Counted from the first letter of the stretch, positions 38,559 through 48,630 are shown. The stretch is DNA of 64,000 nt from an uncultured Nitrososphaerota archaeon (GCA_964408285.1 CAYOYV010000002.1:44833-108832); one strand, 5' to 3'. Notes: generated from the sequence alone by a model not told the origin. Program-made: numbers and translations.

Positions 38559-39500
38559 TTGATCCCATTCCTTTCAGAAATCATCAATGCCGTGGTGATA
38601 GGTAGCCTATACAGCCTCATGGCTTTGCCCCTTACTCTTAGCTACAGGATTGTCAAGTTCCCCAACTTCGCACACACTTTCCTGATAACAATGGGTGCAT
38701 ACGCAGCCATTTTCGTCTCTCTTCCCTTCTCAACAAGCGTTTTCGTTCTGGTTCCCGTTTCGTTCGCAGCAGGAGCGATACTCGCTACCTTCAACCACCT
38801 CCTAGTCTACGCCCCACTCATCAGAAGAGGAGCCACCCCCCTGACCCTTATGATAGCTTCGCTGGGCAGTTCTACGCTCCTAAAGTACGTCCTTTACTCA
38901 GTCATTGATGTATCTAGGAGACTCTGGAAGGTAGAGCTCTACTATCTATTGCCGAATGTTCCCATGGGAGAACCCTTCGTGATAGGAGACTTCTATGTGA
39001 GTCAGATCTTCGTTCTATCGGTTGCAATTGCCATCACACTCTTCGTCTCGCTGCAGTTGTTTCTCCTGAAGTCAAGGATTGGAAGAGCCATCAGGGCAGT
39101 TGCTGACAACGCGGATCTCGCTGAGCTCTCGGGAATCTCCAAGGACAGAATGATGATAGTCATGTGGATCATAGCAGGGGGCATAACGGCCATAGCTGGT
39201 TTGTTCTGGTGTTTCTTCACCCGGTCCAGCCCGGAAATGGGAGATGCCGTCATACTGTCGGTCTTCGCTTCATCTGTGATTGGAGGGCTACAGAGTTTTC
39301 TCGGAACAGTATCGGGGGCATACATAATCGCGTTCTCAGAGAACGTACTGATCGCTGCATTGCACAACGTTCTCGGACTTGACGTGAGTTTCAGGCCCTT
39401 CATTTCATTCTTGACGCTTGTGGTGGTTCTTCTCGTAAGACCTCCTGCCGGGGTTAGCCTCACCGCGCGGACAGTGTTTGGGAGGAAGAGAAAGAAATGA
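38559..39500 (+). CDS. livH: Branched-chain amino acid ABC permease
   Basis: NFAH, GRAIRAVADNADLAELSGI and IGGL motifs. Confidence 0.9.
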   Translation: MIPFLSEIINAVVIGSLYSLMALPLTLSYRIVKFPNFAHTFLITMGAYAAIFVSLPFSTSVFVLVPVSFAAGAILATFNHLLVYAPLIRRGATPLTLMIASLGSSTLLKYVLYSVIDVSRRLWKVELYYLLPNVPMGEPFVIGDFYVSQIFVLSVAIAITLFVSLQLFLLKSRIGRAIRAVADNADLAELSGISKDRMMIVMWIIAGGITAIAGLFWCFFTRSSPEMGDAVILSVFASSVIGGLQSFLGTVSGAYIIAFSENVLIAALHNVLGLDVSFRPFISFLTLVVVLLVRPPAGVSLTARTVFGRKRKK

Positions 39501-40618
39501 TAGACATATTGGGCTTCTTGTTGTCCTGGCTGACCTTCCTGGCGATATACACAATACTTTCATTGAGCCTGAATCTTGAGTACGGTTTTGCTGGCCAAGC
39601 CAATTTCGGAAAGGTCGCTTTCTACGCGATTGGAGGCTACACAGCTTCTGTTTTCTCTATTTCGCTGTTCCTCAGAGTATACGGACTAGGGTATGCGCTT
39701 CATGAACTCGATACGTTGATAGTGATGGGCAAGCTTGTGCCGAAGGATCCCGTCCTTGATGTCGTATCCTTCGTGGCTTCCCTAGTCCTTGCCTTTGTGA
39801 TATCAGGAGCTATCGGATACCTGATCGCATATCCCACGCTTAGAGTTGGGCCGGAATTTGTTGGAATAACAATCCTGAGTTTTGGAGAGCTACTTAGGGT
39901 ATTTCTAAGTAACTATCAGACCCTTGGTGGCCCTTACGGTTTGGGGGGCATTCCTAACCCGTTCTCTTGGATCAATGATGTGGTCACCAAGAATGTCTGC
40001 TATACAGTGACGGTGATTGTCCTATCGGCCTTGATTTACTTATTCCTCCAGAGATTGGTTAACTCTCCATATGGTAGGGCCTTGAAGGCCGTTAGAGAAG
40101 ATGAGTCGGCCTCTCTCTCTTTTGGAAAGAATGTCCAGAAACTGAGGTCTCAAGTCTTCTTCATAGGCTCTGGACTGGCCGGCATAGCAGGAGCACTCTA
40201 CGCGCATTACGCCACCTTCGTCAGCCCCGATAACTTCATCCCGTCGGTAACATTCGATGTCTGGACCATAGTCATTCTTGGGGGAAAGGGAAATAACAAG
40301 GGGGTTGTCGTGGGGGCCATTCTGTTAACCCTTGTCGATAGATTGACGAGTGTCTTGTATTTCCTGTTCCCTGGATTTCCGATCGATCCTAACTTCATTA
40401 GGTGGATGCTAATGGGGTTAATACTTGTTGTGGCATTGATATTCAGGCCAGAAGGGCTACTCCGTGAAGGGTCAACCGAGACAATCGCGTGGAAGGTGCT
40501 CGCGAAATTCGAGGGACCAGAAGAGAGAAAGAGGCCTTCCCTCTTGAATAAGGTTGAGGGATTCCTTAAGGGGGCCATCACTCGAATAATCAAGTGGTTC
40601 ACAATGGAGGGCGGATGA
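39497..40618 (+). CDS. livM: Branched-chain amino acid ABC permease
   Basis: SLNLEYGFAGQANFG, SPYGRALKAVREDE, ILGG and RPEGL motifs. Confidence 0.9.
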   Translation: MIDILGFLLSWLTFLAIYTILSLSLNLEYGFAGQANFGKVAFYAIGGYTASVFSISLFLRVYGLGYALHELDTLIVMGKLVPKDPVLDVVSFVASLVLAFVISGAIGYLIAYPTLRVGPEFVGITILSFGELLRVFLSNYQTLGGPYGLGGIPNPFSWINDVVTKNVCYTVTVIVLSALIYLFLQRLVNSPYGRALKAVREDESASLSFGKNVQKLRSQVFFIGSGLAGIAGALYAHYATFVSPDNFIPSVTFDVWTIVILGGKGNNKGVVVGAILLTLVDRLTSVLYFLFPGFPIDPNFIRWMLMGLILVVALIFRPEGLLREGSTETIAWKVLAKFEGPEERKRPSLLNKVEGFLKGAITRIIKWFTMEGG

Positions 40619-41385
40619 TTAGGTTGCCGGAAGAGATTCTAAAGGTCGTTGATGTGGTGAAAACCTTCGGTGGCATCAGGGCCGTAGATGGCGTCAGCCT
40701 AACCGTTGAGAAATCCGGCATAGTGGGGTTGATAGGGCCGAATGGAAGCGGGAAGACGACACTTTTCAATGCGATAACAGGCTTCTATCCCCCCGACTCT
40801 GGCGAGATATACTTCGATGGAAAACGCATAGACGGGCTTTCCCCGAATGAAACATATGGACTTGGCTTGGTCAGGACTTTTCAGAATCCGAGGTTATTCA
40901 AGGAAATGACTGTTCTGGAGAATCTGTTAATTCCCCCAAAGGAACAAAAAGGCGAAGAGCTCCTGACCGCTCCCTTCGAAAGATGGTGGGACGCGGAAGA
41001 AGAACAGCTGACCAGGAGAGCTCTGAGCCTTTCTGAAATCTTCATGTTGAGGGGTTTGGAGCGCGGATCTACCTCTGACCTATCAGGCGGCCATATGAAA
41101 CTTCTTGAAACTTCCAGGGGATTGATGGGAAATCCGAGAATGCTGCTCTTGGACGAACCTGCCGCAGGAGTCACCTATTCCCTAGCAAGGCAGATCTTCG
41201 ACCATGTCACTGAATTGAGAGCGCGCTTGGGACTGACTTTCCTAATTGTTGAACACCGAATTGACATCTTACTGAATTACGTTGACCGGGTCTATGTGCT
41301 TCACCTTGGCAAGGTGATTTTCGAAGGAAGCCCGAAAGATGCAAGAAGTGATCGTGGGGTGATAAAGGCCTACCTTGGCGACTGA
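40615..41385 (+). CDS. livG: Branched-chain amino acid ABC ATPase
   Basis: GPNGSGKT, RTFQ, LSGG, LLLDEPAAG, VEH and AYLG motifs; ATGA overlap with livM. Confidence 0.92.
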   Translation: MIRLPEEILKVVDVVKTFGGIRAVDGVSLTVEKSGIVGLIGPNGSGKTTLFNAITGFYPPDSGEIYFDGKRIDGLSPNETYGLGLVRTFQNPRLFKEMTVLENLLIPPKEQKGEELLTAPFERWWDAEEEQLTRRALSLSEIFMLRGLERGSTSDLSGGHMKLLETSRGLMGNPRMLLLDEPAAGVTYSLARQIFDHVTELRARLGLTFLIVEHRIDILLNYVDRVYVLHLGKVIFEGSPKDARSDRGVIKAYLGD

Positions 41386-42094
41386 TGGTGTTCTACTCGA
41401 GATAAGCGATCTCTCTTCGGGATATGGAAAGATGTTGGTGGTTCAGCACAGCAATGTTAGGGTGGACAAGGGTGAGATAGTCTGCTTGCTCGGACCCAAT
41501 GGGAGCGGCAAGACCACACTTCTTAACACGATATGTGGACTGGCGAACAGATTTGAAGGCAAAATTATGTTCGACGGAATCGACATAACCAACTGCAAAC
41601 CAAATGACGCAGTAAGAATGGGAATAGGATATTCCCCCCAGGTCTCGAATGTGTTCCCGTCTTTAACGGCAGAGGAGAACCTCGAAGTTGGAGCATACAC
41701 CAAGAAAGGATATCGTAGAGAAGACCTAGAATCCGTGCTGTCTCTATTCCCCGAGCTCGAGAAACGCAGGAAGAGCCTGGCTATCACTCTCAGTGGCGGA
41801 GAGCGGCAGATGCTTGCAGTAGCCCGTTCACTGATTTCTGAGCCCAAGCTCCTTCTCTTAGACGAGCCGACAGCCGGGCTTTCCCCAATAGCTTCGAGCA
41901 CCCTATTGAGAAAGGTAACGGAGATAAGGAAGAGGGGGAAGACGATATTGTTGGTTGAACAGAATGCGAGGAGGGCACTTGAGATATCAGACAGGGCTTA
42001 CGTCATGGTTGGAGGAACAATTGTCTTTGATGGAATAGCGCACGATGCTCTGAACGACCCTGAATTGGCACGACTATATTTTGGCACAACTTGA
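41375..42094 (+). CDS. livF: Branched-chain amino acid ABC ATPase
   Basis: GPNGSGKT, LSGGERQM, LDEPTAGL and VEQNA motifs. Confidence 0.92.
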   Translation: MATDGVLLEISDLSSGYGKMLVVQHSNVRVDKGEIVCLLGPNGSGKTTLLNTICGLANRFEGKIMFDGIDITNCKPNDAVRMGIGYSPQVSNVFPSLTAEENLEVGAYTKKGYRREDLESVLSLFPELEKRRKSLAITLSGGERQMLAVARSLISEPKLLLLDEPTAGLSPIASSTLLRKVTEIRKRGKTILLVEQNARRALEISDRAYVMVGGTIVFDGIAHDALNDPELARLYFGTT

Positions 42095-42142
42095 GCTTAG
42101 AGCGCTTGACCAACCAGTCGATTACGGCAGCTGGGTCTTGGA

Positions 42143-42574
42143 TTGTGGTTGAGTATCAGAGACCAGGGGATTTTCCTCAATGAAATCGAGGTCCCTTCGG
42201 TTCAAGTCGCTCGCGTTGCAGGAGTCGACAGATGTATCATGGGCGAGACGGTAAATGCGATAATCGCTGACGAAGAGTTGAGGAAGATGTTCGGGGCCTT
42301 AAGGTCGTCGGGGCACTCATTGAAGGAGATAGCCAGACATTTGGATTTGGGAGTAGTCGAGATAACCCCTGTCACCGCAAGGATACCGGGCATATTGGAG
42401 AATTCAGCCATGATCATTGCGAGAAGTGGACTGAGCATTAGACAGTCGATAGTGGACGATCCAGGGCTTTCACCCGAGCCAAAGCTTACTCTGATAGTGG
42501 AAAAAAAGATACCAGGGGAATTGATCTCGGAATTCCTGAAGATATCCGGCGTTGCCAAGGTTTCCATATACTGA
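42143..42574 (+). CDS. Archaeal ACT-domain amino-acid metabolism regulator (COG2150-like), apparently 5'-truncated
   Basis: EIEVP...ARVAGVDR, LGVVEI, PGIL, SIRQ..VDDP..PKLT; the usual N-terminal helix is missing (in-frame TGA at 42107). Confidence 0.7.
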   Translation: MWLSIRDQGIFLNEIEVPSVQVARVAGVDRCIMGETVNAIIADEELRKMFGALRSSGHSLKEIARHLDLGVVEITPVTARIPGILENSAMIIARSGLSIRQSIVDDPGLSPEPKLTLIVEKKIPGELISEFLKISGVAKVSIY

Positions 42575-42632
42575 GCTCTTCTTCCTAGAACGGCTCATCA
42601 ATCTAGGAATTAGCGGGACTTTGGATCTACCC

Positions 42633-43487
42633 TCAGAATATGGGCTCGAATCCCATTCTGGTCAGGCGGTCAATAAACGTCACTTGTTCCTTTTCACTCA
42701 ATCTCCTGTACCGTTCCGCAGCATCGATCACCTTGGGCCACAGTTTGGTATCTCCTGCAATGGAATAAGTTGCTACGCCCTTCTGAGAGAGAGTGAACCA
42801 GACTAGCCTGTCGATCTCCTTCTGAACATCGCTCGGTTCATACCAGGTGGAATATCTCTTCTCTCCTTTCCATTTTCCCTTGGCAATTGACTTGATTGCC
42901 ACAACTCCCAATCCCCTTTCGGACGCCGCTTTTAGAACTGGCCTGAAATCATTGGCCGGTGTGTGAGATACAAGGGCTGAGGCGCTGACGGGCAATAGGA
43001 TTGTGTCAAGGTCGAACATCTGAATTGCCCTCATGTGAACCCTGACATCGGCATGTCCTGTCAATCCTATGTACTTTGTCAGCCCGGTTTCCTTGGCCTC
43101 CTTGAGAGCTTCTATTGCTCCGTTCTCTTCTGATGCCCGACTGAGGTCCTCAAAATCCCTCACGGCATGCATCTGATACAGATCGAAGGATTTCACTCCC
43201 AGCCTCCCCAAGGACGCGTTCAACTCCTTCCACGCGCCCTGCCTGCTTCTTTCCAATGTCTTTTCGGCCAAAAAGAAGCGATCCCTGCATTTCTGAAGCC
43301 ATGGTCCCAGCCTGGCCTCTGCATCACCATAGCTCGGGGCAACGTCTATCATGTTCAGCCCATGATCAAGTGCGAACTGGATTGATTTGTCCGCCTCCTC
43401 TTGGTTCAAGTGGCCAATACCTGCGCCTCCCAGGGCGACCATGCTCACATGTCTGCCCGTTCGTCCAAGAATTCTCTTTCTGAGCAA
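42633..43487 (-). CDS. Aldo/keto reductase
   Basis: RILGRTG, IDVAPSYG, AEK, DLYQMH and IGLTGH motifs; TTG start placed about 32 nt downstream of minus-strand cttatata. Confidence 0.9.
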   Translation of the reverse strand: MLRKRILGRTGRHVSMVALGGAGIGHLNQEEADKSIQFALDHGLNMIDVAPSYGDAEARLGPWLQKCRDRFFLAEKTLERSRQGAWKELNASLGRLGVKSFDLYQMHAVRDFEDLSRASEENGAIEALKEAKETGLTKYIGLTGHADVRVHMRAIQMFDLDTILLPVSASALVSHTPANDFRPVLKAASERGLGVVAIKSIAKGKWKGEKRYSTWYEPSDVQKEIDRLVWFTLSQKGVATYSIAGDTKLWPKVIDAAERYRRLSEKEQVTFIDRLTRMGFEPIF

Positions 43488-43706
43488 TATGATTGGATCC
43501 CTCGTCCGAGGGACTGGGTATATAAGAATTAGAGAATAACGGTCACATAAGTGCGTTTCAATTGATCTCAGAACACCTTTCCCTGACATGTCGGCCATTG
43601 CTATTACCCGCTAAAGACGGATCGTAGGCGGTAGGGACATTCTATGTTTGCTGCATCCGATAAGCAGTTTTATATTAGCACAAGAAGCAGAACGTCGGGA
43701 ACGAAG

Positions 43707-44852
43707 ATGCAGCCAAGAAAACTTCCAATTGCTTTGGTGGGATGTGGTGGCATAATGGGCGCACATCTGGGTGGATATAGGGACCTCTACACAAGAGGTA
43801 TTCGGGTCTTTGATATCAGAGCGACCTGCGACACGGTAGAATCGATGGCGCGCGAGAAAGCCGAGGCTGTAGCAAACTTCCAGGAGTCGAGGCCGAAGGT
43901 ATACACGAATCTCGAAGAGGTGCTGAGGAACCAGAACATCGAGGCCGTTGATATCGGCCTTCCTCACAATATACACCACACTATCGCTTCGAAATGCCTT
44001 GAAGAAGGCCTCGATGTAATAATCGAAAAGCCATTGGCCATAACAATGAGGGCTGCCAAGGTCATCATAGAGAAGGCTCAAAGATCTGGGAGAACTCTTG
44101 CTGTAGCAGAGAATTACAGACGAAGTCCTGCAAATAGGGCGATATGGTGGGCCATAAGAGAAGGTCTACTTGGCGATCCGAGAATGATAATGTACACTTC
44201 TGCTGGATATAGTACCCAAGCATGGGGCTGGAGGGAATCCAGATTCTCTGCAGGCGGAAGCTGGGTATTCGATGGTGGGGTCCATATTGCGGATCTTGAC
44301 AGGTACCAGATCCACAGGGAAGCAATCGACGTATATGCGGTTCAGGACACGTTTGACCCGGTGAAGAATGGGATCAACGTGACAGTCGACGACATGACGA
44401 TGGCTATCATAAGATATGAGGGAAGGGTCTATTCACAATGGATCTGGACTAGAGCTGCACCGGGAAAATCGACCTACAGCAGAATAATCCATGGGTCGAA
44501 GGGCTCTGTAAACGAGGAGTCACTCATGATGCATAGGGAAGGGGGGCTTGAGGTTTACGGACTCAATAACCTCATCGAAAGGATGAACAAGGATTTGAGC
44601 CAAGAGGAGAAAGAGAGGATGTTTCCAGGTGGTGCTACGGACACGTTTTCGACAGAATTGCACGATTTCTACGATTCAATCGTAAACAAACGAAAACCGG
44701 AAGTGGATGGACATGAGGCATACAAGGACATGGCGATAACCCTCGGGTTCTACGAATCAGCAGTATCTGGGCGCCCCATCAGGGTATCGGATGTTGAGGA
44801 GCTGGTAATAGAGGAATACCAGAAGGAGATAAACGAGAAAGTAGGAATCTAG
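43707..44852 (+). CDS. Gfo/Idh/MocA family oxidoreductase
   Basis: VGCGGI, PHNIH, IEKP, AENYR and DGGVH motifs. Confidence 0.9.
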   Translation: MQPRKLPIALVGCGGIMGAHLGGYRDLYTRGIRVFDIRATCDTVESMAREKAEAVANFQESRPKVYTNLEEVLRNQNIEAVDIGLPHNIHHTIASKCLEEGLDVIIEKPLAITMRAAKVIIEKAQRSGRTLAVAENYRRSPANRAIWWAIREGLLGDPRMIMYTSAGYSTQAWGWRESRFSAGGSWVFDGGVHIADLDRYQIHREAIDVYAVQDTFDPVKNGINVTVDDMTMAIIRYEGRVYSQWIWTRAAPGKSTYSRIIHGSKGSVNEESLMMHREGGLEVYGLNNLIERMNKDLSQEEKERMFPGGATDTFSTELHDFYDSIVNKRKPEVDGHEAYKDMAITLGFYESAVSGRPIRVSDVEELVIEEYQKEINEKVGI

Positions 44853-44945
44853 GTGGAACCCAAGGCTCCATGGAGGCCAAGCTGATTTCATAGTTCCGAG
44901 CTCATAACGGATAGAAAGATGGTCTGATCATACTGATGAAATGAC

Positions 44946-45227
44946 CTATATCACATGGAGGATTACTGTGTCCCCATGACTGAATCCTTGGACATCTTCA
45001 CTTAGTCTCACGATCCTTTTTCCGAAGTCCTCGGGGTTCCCCTTGATGACCGCCAATTCCACTGCTCTTCCGATCGTCAAGCCGAGCAATTGACCTCTTG
45101 TCACCTGCACTTTGTCTCCTTCTTTCACGCCCAAGAGCTCCATTGCTACGGGGTCTAATGCAATAGCATTCTTCGTTTTCGACTGCTTGAGTGAAAATCC
45201 GACAACAAACGTCAGGGCACTTATCAT
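44946..45227 (-). CDS. Small stand-alone double-psi beta-barrel-like protein (CDC48/VAT N-domain-like)
   Basis: IALDPVAMELLGVKEGDKVQV and IVRLS...GDTVIL, i.e. two GD-box half-repeats. Confidence 0.6.
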   Translation of the reverse strand: MISALTFVVGFSLKQSKTKNAIALDPVAMELLGVKEGDKVQVTRGQLLGLTIGRAVELAVIKGNPEDFGKRIVRLSEDVQGFSHGDTVILHVI

Positions 45228-45234
45228 CTAGGTC

Positions 45235-45804
45235 TCAACCCCCCAACCTCTTAGCATAGCCCGCCATAATCAACTCTGCGACATCTTCGTCTTTCAGGCC
45301 TCCGGTATTGATGATGAGGTCATACATACTTGGATCCTTCCAGTCCACCCTGCAAATCTTCCTCGCCAGATTCTCTCTGTCTTGATCGCTTGCCCTTATT
45401 TCCTCGAAGGCTTTATCATAGCTCAAGCCTCTGAGACCTGCCACATGCTTGGCCCTCATGTGTTCTGGGGCCACCAGAAACACCTTCAGCGTTATTGGAG
45501 CCAATGTGACAAGAAAACTGGACCTGCCTTCAAGAATCACGTTCCCACGTTCTAGGACATCTAGTGCATGTGCGAAGAGCAACTGGTCGATCTCAACTTC
45601 ACCGGATACAGAACTCGTCGCCAGTTGCTCGAATGTCAGGTTCGAGGTTGCAGCAACATTCCTGAGAAGCTTATCGGTGTTATATACTTTCATGCCCAGC
45701 TTCTTGCCCACTATTTCTGCTATCTCTGTACTGCCTGTTCCCAGTTCTGAAAAGATGACTAAAGTCCCGCTTCCCATCGTAGTATCACTGGGTTCTGAGT
45801 TCAC
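45235..45804 (-). CDS. Cytidylate kinase-like family protein
   Basis: ELGTGSTEIA P-loop variant; ILEGR, KVFLVAP...RA, SDQDR and YDLIINT motifs. Confidence 0.8.
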   Translation of the reverse strand: MNSEPSDTTMGSGTLVIFSELGTGSTEIAEIVGKKLGMKVYNTDKLLRNVAATSNLTFEQLATSSVSGEVEIDQLLFAHALDVLERGNVILEGRSSFLVTLAPITLKVFLVAPEHMRAKHVAGLRGLSYDKAFEEIRASDQDRENLARKICRVDWKDPSMYDLIINTGGLKDEDVAELIMAGYAKRLGG

Positions 45805-46005
45805 TAGGGTTATTAAGCTTGTTTTCCGTTTGCGCGGTCAAAATCCGGACCAGTAGATCAACCTACAGTATGAATACGATTTAGAAATCAAGATCCTCAA
45901 CTCCATCGATCTTCCAATGGTGCCGTGTTTCGGACAAATGGGAGGTTGTGCCAATATCCTTGATCGATTGACGTTTCGCAGAAGTCTGCAGTCTCAGAAG
46001 ACGAA

Positions 46006-46935
46006 CTAGAAAAGCCCCAAAATCGTCGTGGCTGCCCCGACTATCCAGCAATAATAGGCAAATCTGTAGAGCTCACTTCTTAACACATATTTCACAACGA
46101 TTTTGAGGGCTACCAAACCGGTAATCGCCGAGATGGCCAATCCAAGAAGGAAGTAGAGGATGCCCTCTTGATATGAAGCGATTTCTCCTACCTTCACAAT
46201 GCTCGCCCCCAGAATGGCAAGTATGGAGAGAAGGAAGGAGAACCTGTATGCAATGTCTTTCCTTATCCCCCTCAACAATGCTGCCGAAACTGTCAAGCCG
46301 CTTCTTGATATGCCTGGCATGATCGAAATGGACTGAGCCGCCCCTACCACAAGTGAGTCGATAAGGTCAAGCTCCTTCTCGCCATTGCAATGCCGGGTGG
46401 CGTAAAGTGCTAATCCATTTCCAAGAAGCGCCAAGCCAGTTGCGGTGAGGTTTGAGAAGAGTGATTCGAAGAATTCTTTGAATAACAGGCCGATGACCGC
46501 AACTGGGATTGTTCCGGCAATGGAGTATCCAAGTAACTTGAGGTATGGGTCGGAGAAATCCAAACTCATCGCTGGTTTGATCATCGCTACAAGGTCATCC
46601 TTGAGCAAAATGATGATCGAGAGCAATGAGCCCAAGTGAAGCATGACATCGAAAGCCACGGATACCCGAATGCCCAAAAGACTTTGCAGAATCACAAGAT
46701 GCCCTGAGCTTGATATCGGCAACCATTCCGTGAAACCTTGCACCATCGCAAGTAGCAGGACTTCGCCAATGCCAATATTGCCCGAGTGAATTGGAAAGGA
46801 CTCCAACCGAGGAAGGACCGAATCGACTTGCCATCTCACCAAGATAAGAAAGGTGAATCCGAACGCAACCGCAAGAATAGTGGTGAACGGTATGGGCTTT
46901 GGGGACACATCCGCTTCTGTAGTGTTAGAGACCAC
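46006..46935 (-). CDS. uppP: Undecaprenyl/polyprenyl-diphosphate phosphatase (BacA family) with N-terminal extension
   Basis: QGFTEWLPISSSGH, LHLGS, PGISRSG and FSFLLS motifs. Confidence 0.92.
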   Translation of the reverse strand: MVSNTTEADVSPKPIPFTTILAVAFGFTFLILVRWQVDSVLPRLESFPIHSGNIGIGEVLLLAMVQGFTEWLPISSSGHLVILQSLLGIRVSVAFDVMLHLGSLLSIIILLKDDLVAMIKPAMSLDFSDPYLKLLGYSIAGTIPVAVIGLLFKEFFESLFSNLTATGLALLGNGLALYATRHCNGEKELDLIDSLVVGAAQSISIMPGISRSGLTVSAALLRGIRKDIAYRFSFLLSILAILGASIVKVGEIASYQEGILYFLLGLAISAITGLVALKIVVKYVLRSELYRFAYYCWIVGAATTILGLF

Positions 46936-47027
46936 GGACTCTCGAATCGTGGCTCAAGTGCTCATATATAACTCATCCCCGAAGCCGAGTAGATCCATCG
47001 ATCATTGAAAGGGGGAAGAGGTGCTAT

Positions 47028-48566
47028 TCAGGTGATGTGTTTGTTCAGAAAGCGCCTGTGTCTGCTGAACGTCTTTCTCAGACTCTTGCTGACTCCGTTC
47101 TGAATCTCCTGTAGTTCTCGATATATCTGGGCATTCAATGGCCTTGGGTGGATCCTCGTGCTTTCATCTAGCTTCACGTACCTTTCGCAAACTTCCTTGA
47201 TGTCCATTCTATCTCCGCGCTGATTTGTGTAACACCATGCTGCCTGCAAAGCTGCGCCATATGCGGCTCCCTCCTCTATCTGGATGCAGACCACTTGGGT
47301 ATTGAAAATGTCCGCTGCGATCTGTCTCCAAGCCCTGTTCTTTGAACCTCCCCCAGTGATCCTGATCTCGCCCGGTTCTATCCCGAGTTCCCTCATCCTA
47401 TTCAGACCATAATTCATCCCCAGCGTGACACCCTCCACGGCCGATCGAGCTAGGATGGCTTTGTCGAAAGTTCCGCTATTGAGGCCATAATACACACCTG
47501 TGCCATCAGGCACGTTAGGCGTTCTCTCCCCTTCGAAATACGGAACAAGTATCAGACCATTCGACCCGACAGGCGAGTGCTCAACTGATTCTGTAAGATC
47601 GTCATAAGACATCTTGAAAAGGTCACGGACGAACTCTGTGGCAACTGTGACATTCATCGTGCACAAGAGTGGGAGCCAAGCGTTCGTTGAATCGCAGAAT
47701 GCAGCTATTTCGCCGACAGGGTCTATTACGGGGTGTCTAGAGTAAGCATAGACGGTGCCCGATGTGCCGAAACTCGCTGTTACAATCCCTTCAGTCGTGT
47801 TGCCGGTTCCTATTGCACTCATCATGTTGTCTCCACCGCCAGCGCTCACGACAACGTCATCTTCAAGACCGAGCTGGTCTGCCACTTCTTTTCTCATCTT
47901 GCCGACGGGCTTATCAGAACCGTGGAGGGCAGGGAGTTTCTCCTCAAGTTTTGGATCAATAGAGTTCATCACTTTCTTTGACCAGATCCTCCTTCTCACG
48001 TCCATTATGGCTGTTCCAGAAGCGTCACCGAACTCCATAGTCATTCTCCCAGTCAAATGATAATTCAGATAGTCATGGGGCAACAGTATGAATCTAAGCC
48101 GGGCATAGTTCTGAGGTTCGTTTCTTTTTAGCCAAAGGATCTTAGGGGCAGTGTAGCCCGGCAGGAATTGGTTCCCTATTGTTCTGATTACTTGCTTGGC
48201 CCCCCCGAGTTTCCGAGTTAGAAGCAAGCACTCCTGAATCGTGCTAGTGTCATTCCAGAGCTTTGCCGGCCTTATGATTTTTCCATTTTCGTCAAGGGGC
48301 ACGAAGCCATGTTGTTGCCCGGATATTCCTATGGCCCTGACATGTCGGCCCTCGATCCTAGCCGTCTCCATCGAATTCCTCACCGTTTTGTAGAATGCGT
48401 CAATCCAGATAGAGGGATCCTGTTCCTTGTAACCAGGAGGTAGTCCCTCTATCAGCTCATAGCTCTGCGTTGCCTTTCCAGCTATATTTCCAGTCTCCTC
48501 GCTGAGTATGACAGCCTTCGTACTCTGCGTGCCAACGTCAACTCCAATGTAGTAATCCTTGCTCAG
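47028..48566 (-). CDS. xylB: Xylulokinase (FGGY family), probable CTG start
   Basis: Frame is open upstream of the ORF-track start and encodes (L)SKDYYIGVDVGTQSTK; also SGQQHG, LWND, DASGT, GGGDN, GTSG, GERTP and GGGSK. Confidence 0.88.
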   Translation of the reverse strand: MSKDYYIGVDVGTQSTKAVILSEETGNIAGKATQSYELIEGLPPGYKEQDPSIWIDAFYKTVRNSMETARIEGRHVRAIGISGQQHGFVPLDENGKIIRPAKLWNDTSTIQECLLLTRKLGGAKQVIRTIGNQFLPGYTAPKILWLKRNEPQNYARLRFILLPHDYLNYHLTGRMTMEFGDASGTAIMDVRRRIWSKKVMNSIDPKLEEKLPALHGSDKPVGKMRKEVADQLGLEDDVVVSAGGGDNMMSAIGTGNTTEGIVTASFGTSGTVYAYSRHPVIDPVGEIAAFCDSTNAWLPLLCTMNVTVATEFVRDLFKMSYDDLTESVEHSPVGSNGLILVPYFEGERTPNVPDGTGVYYGLNSGTFDKAILARSAVEGVTLGMNYGLNRMRELGIEPGEIRITGGGSKNRAWRQIAADIFNTQVVCIQIEEGAAYGAALQAAWCYTNQRGDRMDIKEVCERYVKLDESTRIHPRPLNAQIYRELQEIQNGVSKSLRKTFSRHRRFLNKHIT

Positions 48567-48630
48567 ATTGGCTCTCCGTTTGTGGTTGGAGTGTAAAATA
48601 TATTAAGATTTGGCAGACTGCTGATTCATA

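Noticed and set aside
44920-44946. CTGATGA followed by AA, resembling a hammerhead ribozyme core or C/D box
   Set aside because: No stem II before a GAAA and no correctly spaced partner boxes or flanking helices
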